Assembly (NCBI GenBank): GCA_964548675.1
Contig: CAZJSI010000007.1
Span: 1-34,465 of the forward strand
DNA: 34,465 nt
Direction: 5' to 3'
From: an uncultured Eubacterium sp.
Lineage (GTDB): Bacteria > Bacillota > Clostridia > Lachnospirales > Lachnospiraceae
Part shown: one piece after another, positions 17,544 to 26,842 of the stretch
How positions within the stretch are numbered: position 1 is the stretch's first letter
Layout: each line of letters starts with the position of its first letter
Translations under genes and position numbers: made by a program
The notes under the pieces: generated by a model
Seen by the model: only the letters and a program-made list of their open reading frames with translations
The model's database searches: none
Told to the model about the DNA's origin: nothing

Positions 17544-19952
17544 TTGAAAAGTTACATAAGACGGTTTATTGCGTTCTGTTTGGCAATGGTATTGGCGCTT
17601 GCTCTGGCGGAAATTCCTGCATTTGCTGAGGAAAATGTGGGAACGGCGGATTTGCGTGACAATGTATTGGAGGAACCTGGAAAAGTGGATGCGGCAGTTT
17701 CCGGGAATGAGGCAGAAGTACAGGAAGACGCCGTAGATGAGACTTCAGAGGGGCAGGAATCAGAGGAGGCTGCGACGATTACCGGCTTTGTGGAGCTGAA
17801 CGCTATGGATCGTATGTATGATATCGCCTATAGCGATAAACCAGACCTGGAGGAACTGCTTACATATTTTCCTGAGACACTGGAGGTATACTTAGAGGGG
17901 AGTGACACTCCGGAGGAGATTCCGGTATCCTGGTTCTGTGTGGGAGTAGATTACGAAAAGGATGATTATTACTTTTACCAGTTCAGCCCGCAATGGGATG
18001 AGGAGAAGTATGTTTTGTCTGAAGACCTAGAACTGCTGACCGACGCACCTTACATTTTTGTGCGTCTGTTGGAGGAGAGCATTTCCACGTTTTCGGTTTC
18101 TCAACAGAGTTCTACGGAACAGTTGGTTTACGAATATCTGAAAAATAAGATGGGATTGAACACTGCGGCAGCCTGCGGGATAATGGCGAACATCTATAGT
18201 GAATCTGCTTTTAAGGCTAATAACCTGGAAAACAGGGGCAATATTAAGGAAAACATAACGGATGACGAGTATACCGCAGCAGTGGATAATGGAACTTATG
18301 TCAGTGTCGACGGTAAGACTTTTATCAATGATGCTTACGGTTACGGACTGGCTCAATGGACTGCTTCCAACCGCAAAGCGGCTCTTCTGGCTTATGCCCA
18401 ATCAAAAGAGGCAAGTATTGGGGACGCTGCGATGCAGATGGAATATTTTGAGACGGAACTGACAAAAAGTTATCCCGGCGTTCTTTCTACACTGAGATCT
18501 GTTCCAAATACGGCGGAAGGCGCTTATGAGGCGGCATATGTTTTCTGTTCCAAATTTGAGATACCGGCGAATACCGCCGCAGCCTCGGCCAGCCGGGGAA
18601 ATCTGGCAAAGGATACATTTTGGAAAGAGTATTCCGCGAAAGATTTGATCTATGTGGACAACAAACCTTATAACGGATATTATCTGGACAATGACGACGG
18701 GCTGATGTATAAAGTGACAGAAGGAATACGGGAGATCAAAAGCGGAACCCTTGACAAAGGAACGCCGTATTATAGCAGTAAATCCGGAACGACCAAGACA
18801 CTGTCGCGTCAGATCGTTTATGTCAGGGGGAGCGCGTATACCGGTTATTATACATGCAGCGCTGAAAAAATGTATTACGTATCTTCAGGAACCCGTGCTG
18901 CGAAAACCGGAACAGTTTCAAAAGGAACCTCGTATTATAGCTACAATGAGGGGAAAGAACTGGCGCTGCCGGAACATACGGTGTATGTCAATGGGGATAA
19001 GTATAACGGATATTATATGTGCAGCGCCGGATATTTGTATGACGTAACCGATGGAATTCGTACATTGAAAAACGGAACCGTGTCGGCAGGGGCGCCATAT
19101 TATAGTTACAATGATTGGAAAACGCTGAAAATACCGAGGCAGACGGTATATGTTTCGGGTAAGGCGTATACCGGTTACTATACGTGCAGCGCTGAAAAAA
19201 TGTATTACGTATCCTCAGGAACCCGTGCTGCGAAAACCGGGACGGTTTCAAAAGGAACTTCGTATTATAGTTACAATGCCGGAAAGACTCTGACTCTGCC
19301 GGAACATCTGGTGTACGTCAGCGGAAGCTTGTACAGCGGCTATTATACGTGCAGCGCCGGATATCTGTACATTGTATCCGATGGAGTGCGTGAGCTGAAA
19401 AGCGGAACAGTATCGGCAGGGAAAAAATGTTACAGCTACAATGACGGGAAGTATGTAACGCTGTCACAGAAAGTGTATGTTGATGGAAAACTGTACACCG
19501 GTTATTATGTCGACAGCAGCGGCAATATGTACAAAGTATCAAAAGGAACACGAACTCTGCTTACGGGAACACTGAGCAAAGGAACATCATACTATAGTTA
19601 TAATGATGGAAAAATGATGACGCTTACCGGGAGTACAACTTATTCAGGAGGACGCCCGGCGTTGGGCAAAGTATCCCTTAATAGTGTAACAAGCACTTCC
19701 AGCCGGTCGATCACGGTAAAATGGACTGCAGTTGCGGGGGTTAGCGGATATGAAATACAGTTCTGCACTACAAGCAATTTTGCCGGGACCATGGGAACTG
19801 TGACAAAAACCGGTGCCAGCACCAACAGTGAGGTCCTTTTCCCTATGCGCAACAAATTCTATTATGTTCGTGTTCGCAGTTACTATACCTCCGGCGGCAG
19901 TACCAGATATTCCGCATGGAGCAATGTGAAGAGCGTTTCTGTTGTCCAGTGA
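17544..19952 (+). CDS. Secreted peptidoglycan hydrolase: phage-tail-lysozyme-like domain + 6 Tyr-rich repeats + C-terminal FN3-like domain
   Basis: Signal peptide (..AFA); AAACGIMANIYSES, GYGLAQWT..RK, FCSKFEIP; C-terminal ITVKW...GYEIQ...YYVRVRSY..YSAWS; RBS AAGGAGG at 17529-17535 favours TTG 17544 over ATG 17526. Confidence 0.87.
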   Translation: MKSYIRRFIAFCLAMVLALALAEIPAFAEENVGTADLRDNVLEEPGKVDAAVSGNEAEVQEDAVDETSEGQESEEAATITGFVELNAMDRMYDIAYSDKPDLEELLTYFPETLEVYLEGSDTPEEIPVSWFCVGVDYEKDDYYFYQFSPQWDEEKYVLSEDLELLTDAPYIFVRLLEESISTFSVSQQSSTEQLVYEYLKNKMGLNTAAACGIMANIYSESAFKANNLENRGNIKENITDDEYTAAVDNGTYVSVDGKTFINDAYGYGLAQWTASNRKAALLAYAQSKEASIGDAAMQMEYFETELTKSYPGVLSTLRSVPNTAEGAYEAAYVFCSKFEIPANTAAASASRGNLAKDTFWKEYSAKDLIYVDNKPYNGYYLDNDDGLMYKVTEGIREIKSGTLDKGTPYYSSKSGTTKTLSRQIVYVRGSAYTGYYTCSAEKMYYVSSGTRAAKTGTVSKGTSYYSYNEGKELALPEHTVYVNGDKYNGYYMCSAGYLYDVTDGIRTLKNGTVSAGAPYYSYNDWKTLKIPRQTVYVSGKAYTGYYTCSAEKMYYVSSGTRAAKTGTVSKGTSYYSYNAGKTLTLPEHLVYVSGSLYSGYYTCSAGYLYIVSDGVRELKSGTVSAGKKCYSYNDGKYVTLSQKVYVDGKLYTGYYVDSSGNMYKVSKGTRTLLTGTLSKGTSYYSYNDGKMMTLTGSTTYSGGRPALGKVSLNSVTSTSSRSITVKWTAVAGVSGYEIQFCTTSNFAGTMGTVTKTGASTNSEVLFPMRNKFYYVRVRSYYTSGGSTRYSAWSNVKSVSVVQ
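18648..19637 (+). repeat. Intragenic tandem repeat, ~165-bp unit x6, same family as in the L,D-transpeptidase
   Basis: Units start at 18648, 18816, 18981, 19146, 19311, 19473; units 2 and 4 are near-identical in DNA (330-bp offset). Confidence 0.92.
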
Positions 19953-20026
19953 TTGGCGATGCGTCATTCTAATATCTGTTTTGCGTTTTGCAAATCACAG
20001 ATCTGAAGCGGCAGTACACATTCCCC

Positions 20027-20055
20027 TTGACATTTTTCCATGCTTCACTTAGAAT
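20027..20055 (+). promoter_or_regulatory. Sigma-A promoter of the T-box-proS transcript
   Basis: TTGACA-N17-TAGAAT. Confidence 0.8.
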
Positions 20056-20088
20056 AACTTCTAAACCAAACAACAAAACAGACAATCG

Positions 20089-20406
20089 GCTGCGACAGGA
20101 ATAGTACAGATGGGAAGATCCCCAGAGAGAGGATGTTAGAGTGTATTTTTCGCCGGAATATAAGACGACTGCAGGCAGGCTGCTGCCAAATCCAAACGTG
20201 CATGGCATTGAAGCGGCGAGCGGCACACACACTCTAAGGCTGAGACATCCTTGTTCGGAACATTTGGAACCGGCCCTTGAGCCCCGTGCGATGAGCATGG
20301 CGTAGAACCGGCGTTAACGGTATTGAGTGGATATGCATATGCGCATATTAATCAGGGTGGTACCGCCGGAACTCCGGTCCCTATTGGGATTGGGATTCCG
20401 GCGTTT
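20089..20406 (+). ncRNA. T-box riboswitch (Pro) upstream of proS
   Basis: AGTA/GAA loop E, CAGAGAG, GGCTGAGA, probable specifier CCG at 20270-20272, T-box AATCAGGGTGGTACCG at 20350-20365, terminator CGCCGGAA...TTCCGGCG at 20364-20403. Confidence 0.9.
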
Positions 20407-20443
20407 GTGATGATACCGGATTTTAAAAAAGGAGAATAAAGTT

Positions 20444-21883
20444 ATGGCAAAGGAAAAGAAATTAGTGGAAGCCATTACATCCATGGACGTGGATTTTGCC
20501 CAGTGGTATACGGATGTGGTGAAGAAAGCAGAATTGATTGATTATTCCAGTGTGAAAGGCTGCATGGTCATCAAGCCGGCAGGATATGCGATCTGGGAAA
20601 ATATTCAGGCAGAGCTTGACCGCCGATTTAAGGAAACCGGCGTGGAAAACGTGTACATGCCGATCTTTATACCGGAAAGCCTGCTTGAAGTGGAAAAGGA
20701 TCATGTGGAAGGGTTTGCTCCGGAAGTGGCGTGGGTGACGCACGGCGGTTTAAATCCGCTTCAGGAACGTCTTTGCGTGCGTCCTACATCCGAGACGCTT
20801 TTCTGTGATTTTTACAAAAATGATATTCAGTCCTATCGTGATCTGCCGAAGGTGTATAATCAGTGGTGTTCTGTGGTAAGATGGGAAAAAGAGACAAGGC
20901 CGTTCCTGCGCTCCAGGGAGTTCTTGTGGCAGGAAGGACATACTGCCCATGCAACAGCACAGGAGGCGGAGGAGAGAACAGTACAGATGTTAAATCTCTA
21001 CGCAGATTTCTGTGAGGAAGTATTGGCGATGCCGGTTATCCGCGGTAAAAAGACAGAAAAAGAGAAATTTGCCGGTGCGGAGTCTACTTACACGATCGAG
21101 GCTCTGATGCACGATGGAAAAGCGCTTCAGTCCGGAACGAGCCATAACTTTGGCGATGGATTTGCAAAAGCATTTGGTATTCAGTATACAGATAGAGACA
21201 ATAAACTGCAGTATGTTCATCAGACTTCATGGGGTATGACCACCCGACTGATCGGCGCTATCATCATGGTGCATGGAGACGATTCCGGTCTGGTGCTTCC
21301 TCCAAGAATCGCGCCTGTCCAGGTAATGGTCATCCCAATTCAGCAGCGCAAAGAGGGCGTTCTGGACAAGGCAGATGAGGTGAGAGAACGTCTCGGAAAA
21401 GTATGCCGTGCGAAACTGGATGATTCCGATAAGAGTCCGGGATGGAAGTTCTCTGAGCAGGAGATGCGCGGAATTCCGATCCGCGTGGAGCTTGGGCCAA
21501 AAGATATCGAGAAGAACCAGTGCGTGGTAGTGCGTCGTGATACAAGAGAGAAAACGATCGTGTCCCTGGATGAGGTGGACAGCGCAGTTGCAGAATTGCT
21601 GGAGACCATTCAGAAAGACATGTTCGAGCGTGCAAAAGCACATCGCGATGCACATATCAGCGATGCACATAATTATGAAGAATTCTGCTATGCAGTGGAA
21701 AACAAGCCTGGATTTATCCGTGCAATGTGGTGCGGAGATCAGGCGTGTGAGGATAAGATAAAAGAAGAGACAAGCGCTACTTCCAGATGTATGCCATTTG
21801 ATGATCAGGAGCATATATCAGATGTGTGCGCATGCTGCGGAAAACCTGCGAAAAAGCTGGTTTACTGGGGAAAAGCATATTAA
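20444..21883 (+). CDS. proS: Proline--tRNA ligase (archaeal/eukaryote-like type)
   Basis: [44 protein letters not shown]-terminal CACCG...WGKAY. Confidence 0.98.
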   Translation: MAKEKKLVEAITSMDVDFAQWYTDVVKKAELIDYSSVKGCMVIKPAGYAIWENIQAELDRRFKETGVENVYMPIFIPESLLEVEKDHVEGFAPEVAWVTHGGLNPLQERLCVRPTSETLFCDFYKNDIQSYRDLPKVYNQWCSVVRWEKETRPFLRSREFLWQEGHTAHATAQEAEERTVQMLNLYADFCEEVLAMPVIRGKKTEKEKFAGAESTYTIEALMHDGKALQSGTSHNFGDGFAKAFGIQYTDRDNKLQYVHQTSWGMTTRLIGAIIMVHGDDSGLVLPPRIAPVQVMVIPIQQRKEGVLDKADEVRERLGKVCRAKLDDSDKSPGWKFSEQEMRGIPIRVELGPKDIEKNQCVVVRRDTREKTIVSLDEVDSAVAELLETIQKDMFERAKAHRDAHISDAHNYEEFCYAVENKPGFIRAMWCGDQACEDKIKEETSATSRCMPFDDQEHISDVCACCGKPAKKLVYWGKAY

Positions 21884-21982
21884 GACTGCCGCCAGTGCGG
21901 GGAAAGCGGATGCAGCCTGACGGCATAGAAATGTAAAAATTAATTTCCCCGGACAGCCAAAGCCGCAAAAGGAGGTTCGAAA

Positions 21983-23317
21983 ATGAAGATTCAATTACCC
22001 CAGAAAGTGAATACGATCATCCGGGAACTGAAACAACATGGTTTCGATGCTTATGCGGTGGGAGGATGTGTCCGGGACAGCGTGCTGGGCAGGGAGCCTC
22101 AGGACTGGGATATCACAACGTCTGCAAAGTCTGAACAGGTGAAGGAGATTTTTCACCGGACGGTGGATACCGGCATACAGCACGGAACCGTGACGGTGCT
22201 CCTGGAAAAAGAGGGATTTGAGGTGACGACCTATCGGATCGACGGTGAATATGAGGATTCCCGCCATCCGAAGGATGTTATCTTTACCTCAGATCTTCTG
22301 GAAGATTTAAAACGCAGAGATTTTACGATCAATGCAATGGCTTACAATGAGGAAGCGGGCCTGGTAGACGCCTTTGACGGGATCGGCGATCTGAAGCGCC
22401 ATGTGATCCGCTGTGTGGGAAATGCGGAGGAACGCTTCGGTGAGGATGCGCTGCGGATGCTTCGGGCGGTGCGTTTTGCGGCGCAGCTCGGATTTGGGAT
22501 CGAGGAGGAGACAAAGGCTGCAATTGTGCGGCTGGCGCCGGACCTTTCAAAAATCAGTGCAGAGCGGATTCAGGTGGAACTGGTCAAACTGATAACATCC
22601 CCGTATCCGGAAGAGATGCAGGCCGTTTATGATACCGGCATTGCAGATGTGATCCTGCCGGAATTTTCAGTCATGATGCAGACTGAGCAGCGCAATCCGC
22701 ATCACATTTATACGGTCGGGGAGCACACGATCCGTTCCATGAAAGGAATTCGTGCAGACCGCATCCTGCGTTTGACAATGCTTTTTCACGATGTGGCAAA
22801 GCCTGTCTGCCGCACGGAGGATGAAAATGGAATACATCATTTTCACGGACATCCGGAAGTAGGTGCAGAGATGACAGGGAAGATCCTGCGCAGGCTGAAA
22901 TTCGACAATGATACGATCAGGCAGGTAACAGCGTTAGTGAAAGCCCACGATGACAGGCCGCCATTGAGCGGGAAAAACATCCGCCGGGCAATTTACCGGA
23001 ACGGCATTGAGCAATATCCGGCGCTGTTTGCAGTTAAGCGTGCTGATATCCTGGCGCAGAGCATGTTCCGGCGGCAGGAAAAGCTGATGTATGTAGACCA
23101 ATATGAAAGGATTTACCTGCGGATCCGTGAGAAAAAGCAGTGTCTTTCTTTGAAAGACCTGGCAGTTACCGGTTCCGACCTGATCTCAGAGGGAATGAAG
23201 CCCGGAAAAGCAATTGGGCAGGTGTTGAACCGGATGCTTCAGGATGTGTTGGAAAATCCCGGACTGAATGAAAAACAAATATTACTTCAGAAGTATGAGC
23301 AGGGGGAGTACAATTAA
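21983..23317 (+). CDS. cca: CCA tRNA nucleotidyltransferase with HD domain
   Basis: VGGCVRD, DWDITT, EVTTYR, RRDFTINAM, RFGEDALRMLRAVRF, ERI..EL, HDVAK. Confidence 0.93.
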   Translation: MKIQLPQKVNTIIRELKQHGFDAYAVGGCVRDSVLGREPQDWDITTSAKSEQVKEIFHRTVDTGIQHGTVTVLLEKEGFEVTTYRIDGEYEDSRHPKDVIFTSDLLEDLKRRDFTINAMAYNEEAGLVDAFDGIGDLKRHVIRCVGNAEERFGEDALRMLRAVRFAAQLGFGIEEETKAAIVRLAPDLSKISAERIQVELVKLITSPYPEEMQAVYDTGIADVILPEFSVMMQTEQRNPHHIYTVGEHTIRSMKGIRADRILRLTMLFHDVAKPVCRTEDENGIHHFHGHPEVGAEMTGKILRRLKFDNDTIRQVTALVKAHDDRPPLSGKNIRRAIYRNGIEQYPALFAVKRADILAQSMFRRQEKLMYVDQYERIYLRIREKKQCLSLKDLAVTGSDLISEGMKPGKAIGQVLNRMLQDVLENPGLNEKQILLQKYEQGEYN

Positions 23318-23327
23318 AATTCCCTGA

Positions 23328-23356
23328 GCATACTTTGAAATACCCCGACATATGAT
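23328..23356 (+). promoter_or_regulatory. Sigma-E-like sporulation promoter upstream of the cotS-like gene
   Basis: GCATACT-N14-CATATGAT, matching the B. subtilis sigma-E consensus spacing. Confidence 0.6.
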
Positions 23357-23371
23357 TAAAAAGAGCAGTGC

Positions 23372-23436
23372 CAAAATCAATAAGAAAGCATATGTGTCAT
23401 GTTTGCATGTAAGTATATGCTTTCTTATTGATTTTG
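23372..23436. repeat. Perfect 22-bp inverted repeat
   Basis: CAAAATCAATAAGAAAGCATAT (23372-23393) / ATATGCTTTCTTATTGATTTTG (23415-23436). Confidence 0.9.
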
Positions 23437-23526
23437 ATAAGGCGAATGCCTGTCAACGGGAAAAACGGAGTTTTTTCGAGGGGCGCTGCGGACGAAATAA
23501 CATTAATCATATGAAGGGGTGTTTTT

Positions 23527-24519
23527 TTGTATTATCAGGTGGAACAGGTTCTGGAGAAACAGGAACCGGAAATAGAGAATTTTTATAAAGGAAGAGGCAT
23601 CTTAATCTGTGAGGCTGCGCAGGGCTTGTTTGCACTGAAGGAATATTTCGGCTCCGCAGAAAAAGCGGAATTTTTATACCGTTTGGGTGCCTATCTGGAA
23701 AGTCAGGGAATACGTTGTGACAGCATGCTGAAAAATAAGGGAGGGAATCTGATCACCGAGGGCGTTGACGGAATTTCTTATACCCTGCATCACTGGGTGC
23801 GGGGACGGGAATGTGATGTCAAAAACCGGATGGATATTTTGATGGCCGTATCTTTTCTGGCGAAGTTTCATCGCATCTGCGCCGGACAGGAATGGCAGAA
23901 CAAAGCTCAGATACCGCAGGAAGCGGAAACCCGGATTCCGACATTATACGAGGAATACCGCAGACATGACCGGGAACTGAAAAAAATAAGAAAATTCATA
24001 TCGAAGAGGCATGATAAGAGTGACTTTGAACGTCTGTATTTATCCTGTTTTCCGGATTTCTGCAGGCAGTCTGAGGAGGTTGTCGGCTTCCTGAAAGAAA
24101 ATCCGGAAAGCGACGGTGATTATACAGTCGGAATTTGTCATGGGGACTTAAATCAGCATAATATTCTGTTTACATCGGCAGGACCTGCACTGATACATAT
24201 GGAACGTGCCCGTCCCGGTGCGCAGATTTCAGACCTGAGCAATTTTATGCGCAAAATACTGGAAAAATATGACTGGGAAGAACGTCTTGGAATGGATATC
24301 CTGCAGGAATACTGCAGGGTCCATGAACTGCAGAAGACTGATCTGCAGGGATTGTATTACCGGTTGTCTTACCCGGAAAAATTCTGGAAGATCGCGAATC
24401 ATTATTATAATTCCAGCAAAGTATGGGATTCCGGGAAAAACAGAGAAAAATTATCAAAAGAGATCCGGCAGAACGTGTCACGCAGCCGTTTCCTGAAAAA
24501 ATTGAAGGAAATGCTGTAG
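23527..24519 (+). CDS. CotS-family spore coat protein (kinase-like fold)
   Basis: LAKFH, ICHGDLNQHN, DL.NFMRKILEK..W, YPEKFWK.ANHYY; TTG start. Confidence 0.85.
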   Translation: MYYQVEQVLEKQEPEIENFYKGRGILICEAAQGLFALKEYFGSAEKAEFLYRLGAYLESQGIRCDSMLKNKGGNLITEGVDGISYTLHHWVRGRECDVKNRMDILMAVSFLAKFHRICAGQEWQNKAQIPQEAETRIPTLYEEYRRHDRELKKIRKFISKRHDKSDFERLYLSCFPDFCRQSEEVVGFLKENPESDGDYTVGICHGDLNQHNILFTSAGPALIHMERARPGAQISDLSNFMRKILEKYDWEERLGMDILQEYCRVHELQKTDLQGLYYRLSYPEKFWKIANHYYNSSKVWDSGKNREKLSKEIRQNVSRSRFLKKLKEML

Positions 24520-24612
24520 TATCTGAAACGCTGCCCGCAGCAAAACGATTGCGAAAAGATCACGAAAATGCAGGTTTTTCCTGCAAATCCGGTTTATTTT
24601 TAGGGTAAAATA

Positions 24613-24621
24613 TGATATACT
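24613..24621 (+). promoter_or_regulatory. Extended -10 for pgm
   Basis: TGaTATACT; RBS AGGAGG at 24645-24650. Confidence 0.5.
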
Positions 24622-24657
24622 TAACTCAAAATATTGATTTTTTCAGGAGGAATAATT

Positions 24658-26397
24658 ATGGGTTACAGAGAAGTATATGAATCATGGTTGAACAATCCTT
24701 ATTTTGATGAGGGGACAAAAGATGAGTTGAAACAGATCGCAGATAATGAAAAAGAAATAGAAGATCGCTTTTACATGGATCTGGAGTTTGGTACGGCAGG
24801 CCTGCGCGGAGTGATCGGAGCGGGAACCAACCGCATGAATGTTTATACGGTGCGCAAGGCGACGCAGGGACTGGCAAACTATATTATCAAAGTTGGCGCA
24901 CAGGCAAAAGGCGTGGCAATTGCATATGATTCCAGAAGAATGTCGCCGGAGTTTGCAAAAGAAGCGGCGTTATGTCTGGCAGCAAACGGAATCAAAGCTT
25001 ACATATTTGACAGCCTTCGTCCGACTCCGGAATTATCCTACGCAGTACGTTATCTTGGCTGTACAGCCGGAATCAACATTACTGCAAGCCATAATCCTCC
25101 TGAATATAACGGATATAAAGTGTACTGGGAGGACGGCGCTCAGATCACGCCACCGCATGACAGCGGCATTATGGATGAAGTAAAAAATGTAACTGATTAC
25201 GCCACAACAAAGACAATGGATGAGGAAGCTGCAGCTGCAGCGGGCCTGTATGAAGTGATCGGAGCAAATATTGATGATCCGTACATTGCAGAACTTAAGA
25301 AGCTTATCTTAAACCAGGATGCGATTGATGCGGCTGCGGATTCTCTGAAGATCGTATATACTCCGCTTCATGGAACCGGAAATATCCCGGTGCGCAGAGT
25401 GTTAAGGGAGCTGGGCTTTAAACATGTATATGTAGTGCCGGAGCAGGAACTTCCGGACGGTGAATTCCCGACAGTAAGTTATCCGAACCCGGAGGCGGCG
25501 GAAGCGTTTGCGCTCGGTCTTGCAATGGCAAAAGATCTGGATGCGGATCTGGTGCTGGCTACAGACCCGGATGCGGACCGTCTCGGCGTGTATGTAAAGG
25601 ATCAGGAGACAGGGGAATATCATTCCCTGACCGGAAATATGTCCGGCTGCCTGATCGGAGCTTATGAGATCAGCCAGAGAAAAGAAAAATATGGACTTCC
25701 GGATGACGGTGCATTTGTAAAATCCATCGTTTCCACCAATTTGGCTGATGCGATCGCAGCAGACTATGGCGTAAAACTTTACGAAGTTCTGACCGGATTT
25801 AAGTTTATCGGACGCAAGATGCTGGAATTTGAGACAACAGGAAACGGAACGTATTTGTTTGGTATGGAAGAGAGCTACGGATGTCTGCCGGGAACATACT
25901 GCCGCGACAAAGATGCGGTCGTAGCGTCCATGGTGCTCTGCGAGGCAGCAGCTTATTACAAGAACCAGGGCAAGACTCTGTGGGATGCAATGCTTGAACT
26001 CTATGGAAAATATGGATATTACAAAGATGATGTAAAATCCATCACATTAAAAGGTATCGAGGGCCTTGAGAAGATTCAGACGATCATGTCCACGTTGAGA
26101 GATAATACCCCAAGTGAGATCGGCGATGCAAAGGTATTGTATGCAAGGGACTATAAGAAAGATACCATTACAAATATGGCTACCGGAGAAGTAACGCCGA
26201 CAGGCCTTCCGGCTTCCAATGTACTGTATTATGAGCTTCCGGATGATGCATGGGTATGCTTCCGTCCGTCAGGTACAGAACCGAAACTGAAATTCTACTA
26301 TGGTGTAAAAGCAGACACAATGGAGGGCGCTGAGGAAAAAGCGGCTTCTCTGGGGGCAGCAGTGCTCGCAATTGTGGAACCGATGCTCAATGCATAG
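24658..26397 (+). CDS. pgm: Phosphoglucomutase/phosphomannomutase
   Basis: FGTAGLRG, TASHNP, DPDADR, EESYG, RPSGTEPK; ATG 24658 follows AGGAGG. Confidence 0.95.
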   Translation: MGYREVYESWLNNPYFDEGTKDELKQIADNEKEIEDRFYMDLEFGTAGLRGVIGAGTNRMNVYTVRKATQGLANYIIKVGAQAKGVAIAYDSRRMSPEFAKEAALCLAANGIKAYIFDSLRPTPELSYAVRYLGCTAGINITASHNPPEYNGYKVYWEDGAQITPPHDSGIMDEVKNVTDYATTKTMDEEAAAAAGLYEVIGANIDDPYIAELKKLILNQDAIDAAADSLKIVYTPLHGTGNIPVRRVLRELGFKHVYVVPEQELPDGEFPTVSYPNPEAAEAFALGLAMAKDLDADLVLATDPDADRLGVYVKDQETGEYHSLTGNMSGCLIGAYEISQRKEKYGLPDDGAFVKSIVSTNLADAIAADYGVKLYEVLTGFKFIGRKMLEFETTGNGTYLFGMEESYGCLPGTYCRDKDAVVASMVLCEAAAYYKNQGKTLWDAMLELYGKYGYYKDDVKSITLKGIEGLEKIQTIMSTLRDNTPSEIGDAKVLYARDYKKDTITNMATGEVTPTGLPASNVLYYELPDDAWVCFRPSGTEPKLKFYYGVKADTMEGAEEKAASLGAAVLAIVEPMLNA

Positions 26398-26425
26398 GAT
26401 TTGTGGGGGTATGATTAGAAATATC

Positions 26426-26454
26426 TTGACAAACATAGGGAAAAACAGTATAAA
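26426..26454 (+). promoter_or_regulatory. Sigma-A promoter for hup
   Basis: TTGACA-N17-TATAAA. Confidence 0.7.
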
Positions 26455-26518
26455 TATTCTATAACAAAAAAATAGAGAATAAACCTGAAACAGTGAGGTT
26501 CTATAGGAGGACGTAATA

Positions 26519-26794
26519 ATGAACAAGACAGAATTAGTTGCAGCTATTGCAGAGAAGGCTGAATTATCCAAAAAAGACGCAGAGAAAGCTCTCGCAGCAT
26601 TTACAGATGTAGTGGCAGAAAGCTTAAAGAACGGCGATAAAATCCAGTTAGTAGGTTTTGGTACATTTGAAGTATCCGAGCGGGCTGAGAGAACAGGAAG
26701 AAATCCTCAGACAGGAGAGAATATTACAATTCCGGCTTCCAAAGCTCCGAAATTCAAAGCTGGAAAAGCTTTAAAAGATATTGTAAACGCATAA
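26519..26794 (+). CDS. hup: DNA-binding protein HU
   Basis: [29 protein letters not shown]. Confidence 0.98.
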   Translation: MNKTELVAAIAEKAELSKKDAEKALAAFTDVVAESLKNGDKIQLVGFGTFEVSERAERTGRNPQTGENITIPASKAPKFKAGKALKDIVNA

Positions 26795-26808
26795 AAGAAT
26801 CAGTTTGT

Positions 26809-26842
26809 GAGCCGTTTCCCAAGGGAAGCGGCTCGTTCGTTT
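26809..26842 (+). terminator. Hairpin/terminator after hup
   Basis: GAGCCGTTTCCC-aa-GGGAAGCGGCTC followed by a weak T-tract (gttcgttt). Confidence 0.6.

Noticed and set aside
18100-18640. Prophage remnant suggested by the phage-type lysozyme domain
   Set aside because: The domain is inside a signal-peptide protein; no integrase, structural genes or att sites seen.
15750-19637. Possible CRISPR array or DGR template/variable repeat
   Set aside because: The repeats are in-frame coding units without unique spacers; differences are not adenine-specific; no cas or reverse transcriptase gene.
19969-20298. 109-aa minus-strand ORF between the hydrolase and proS
   Set aside because: The region is explained by the proS promoter and T-box.
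20444-21883. Archaeal/eukaryote-type ProRS as a horizontal-transfer oddity
   Set aside because: This type is common in Clostridia and sits under a native T-box.
21898-21951. 8-bp inverted repeat CGGGGAAA/TTTCCCCG between proS and cca
   Set aside because: Short with a long loop and no U-tract; compatible with chance.
23352-23588. 78-aa + strand ORF upstream of cotS
   Set aside because: No RBS; its ATG lies inside the sigma-E -10; it runs through the inverted repeat and overlaps cotS out of frame.
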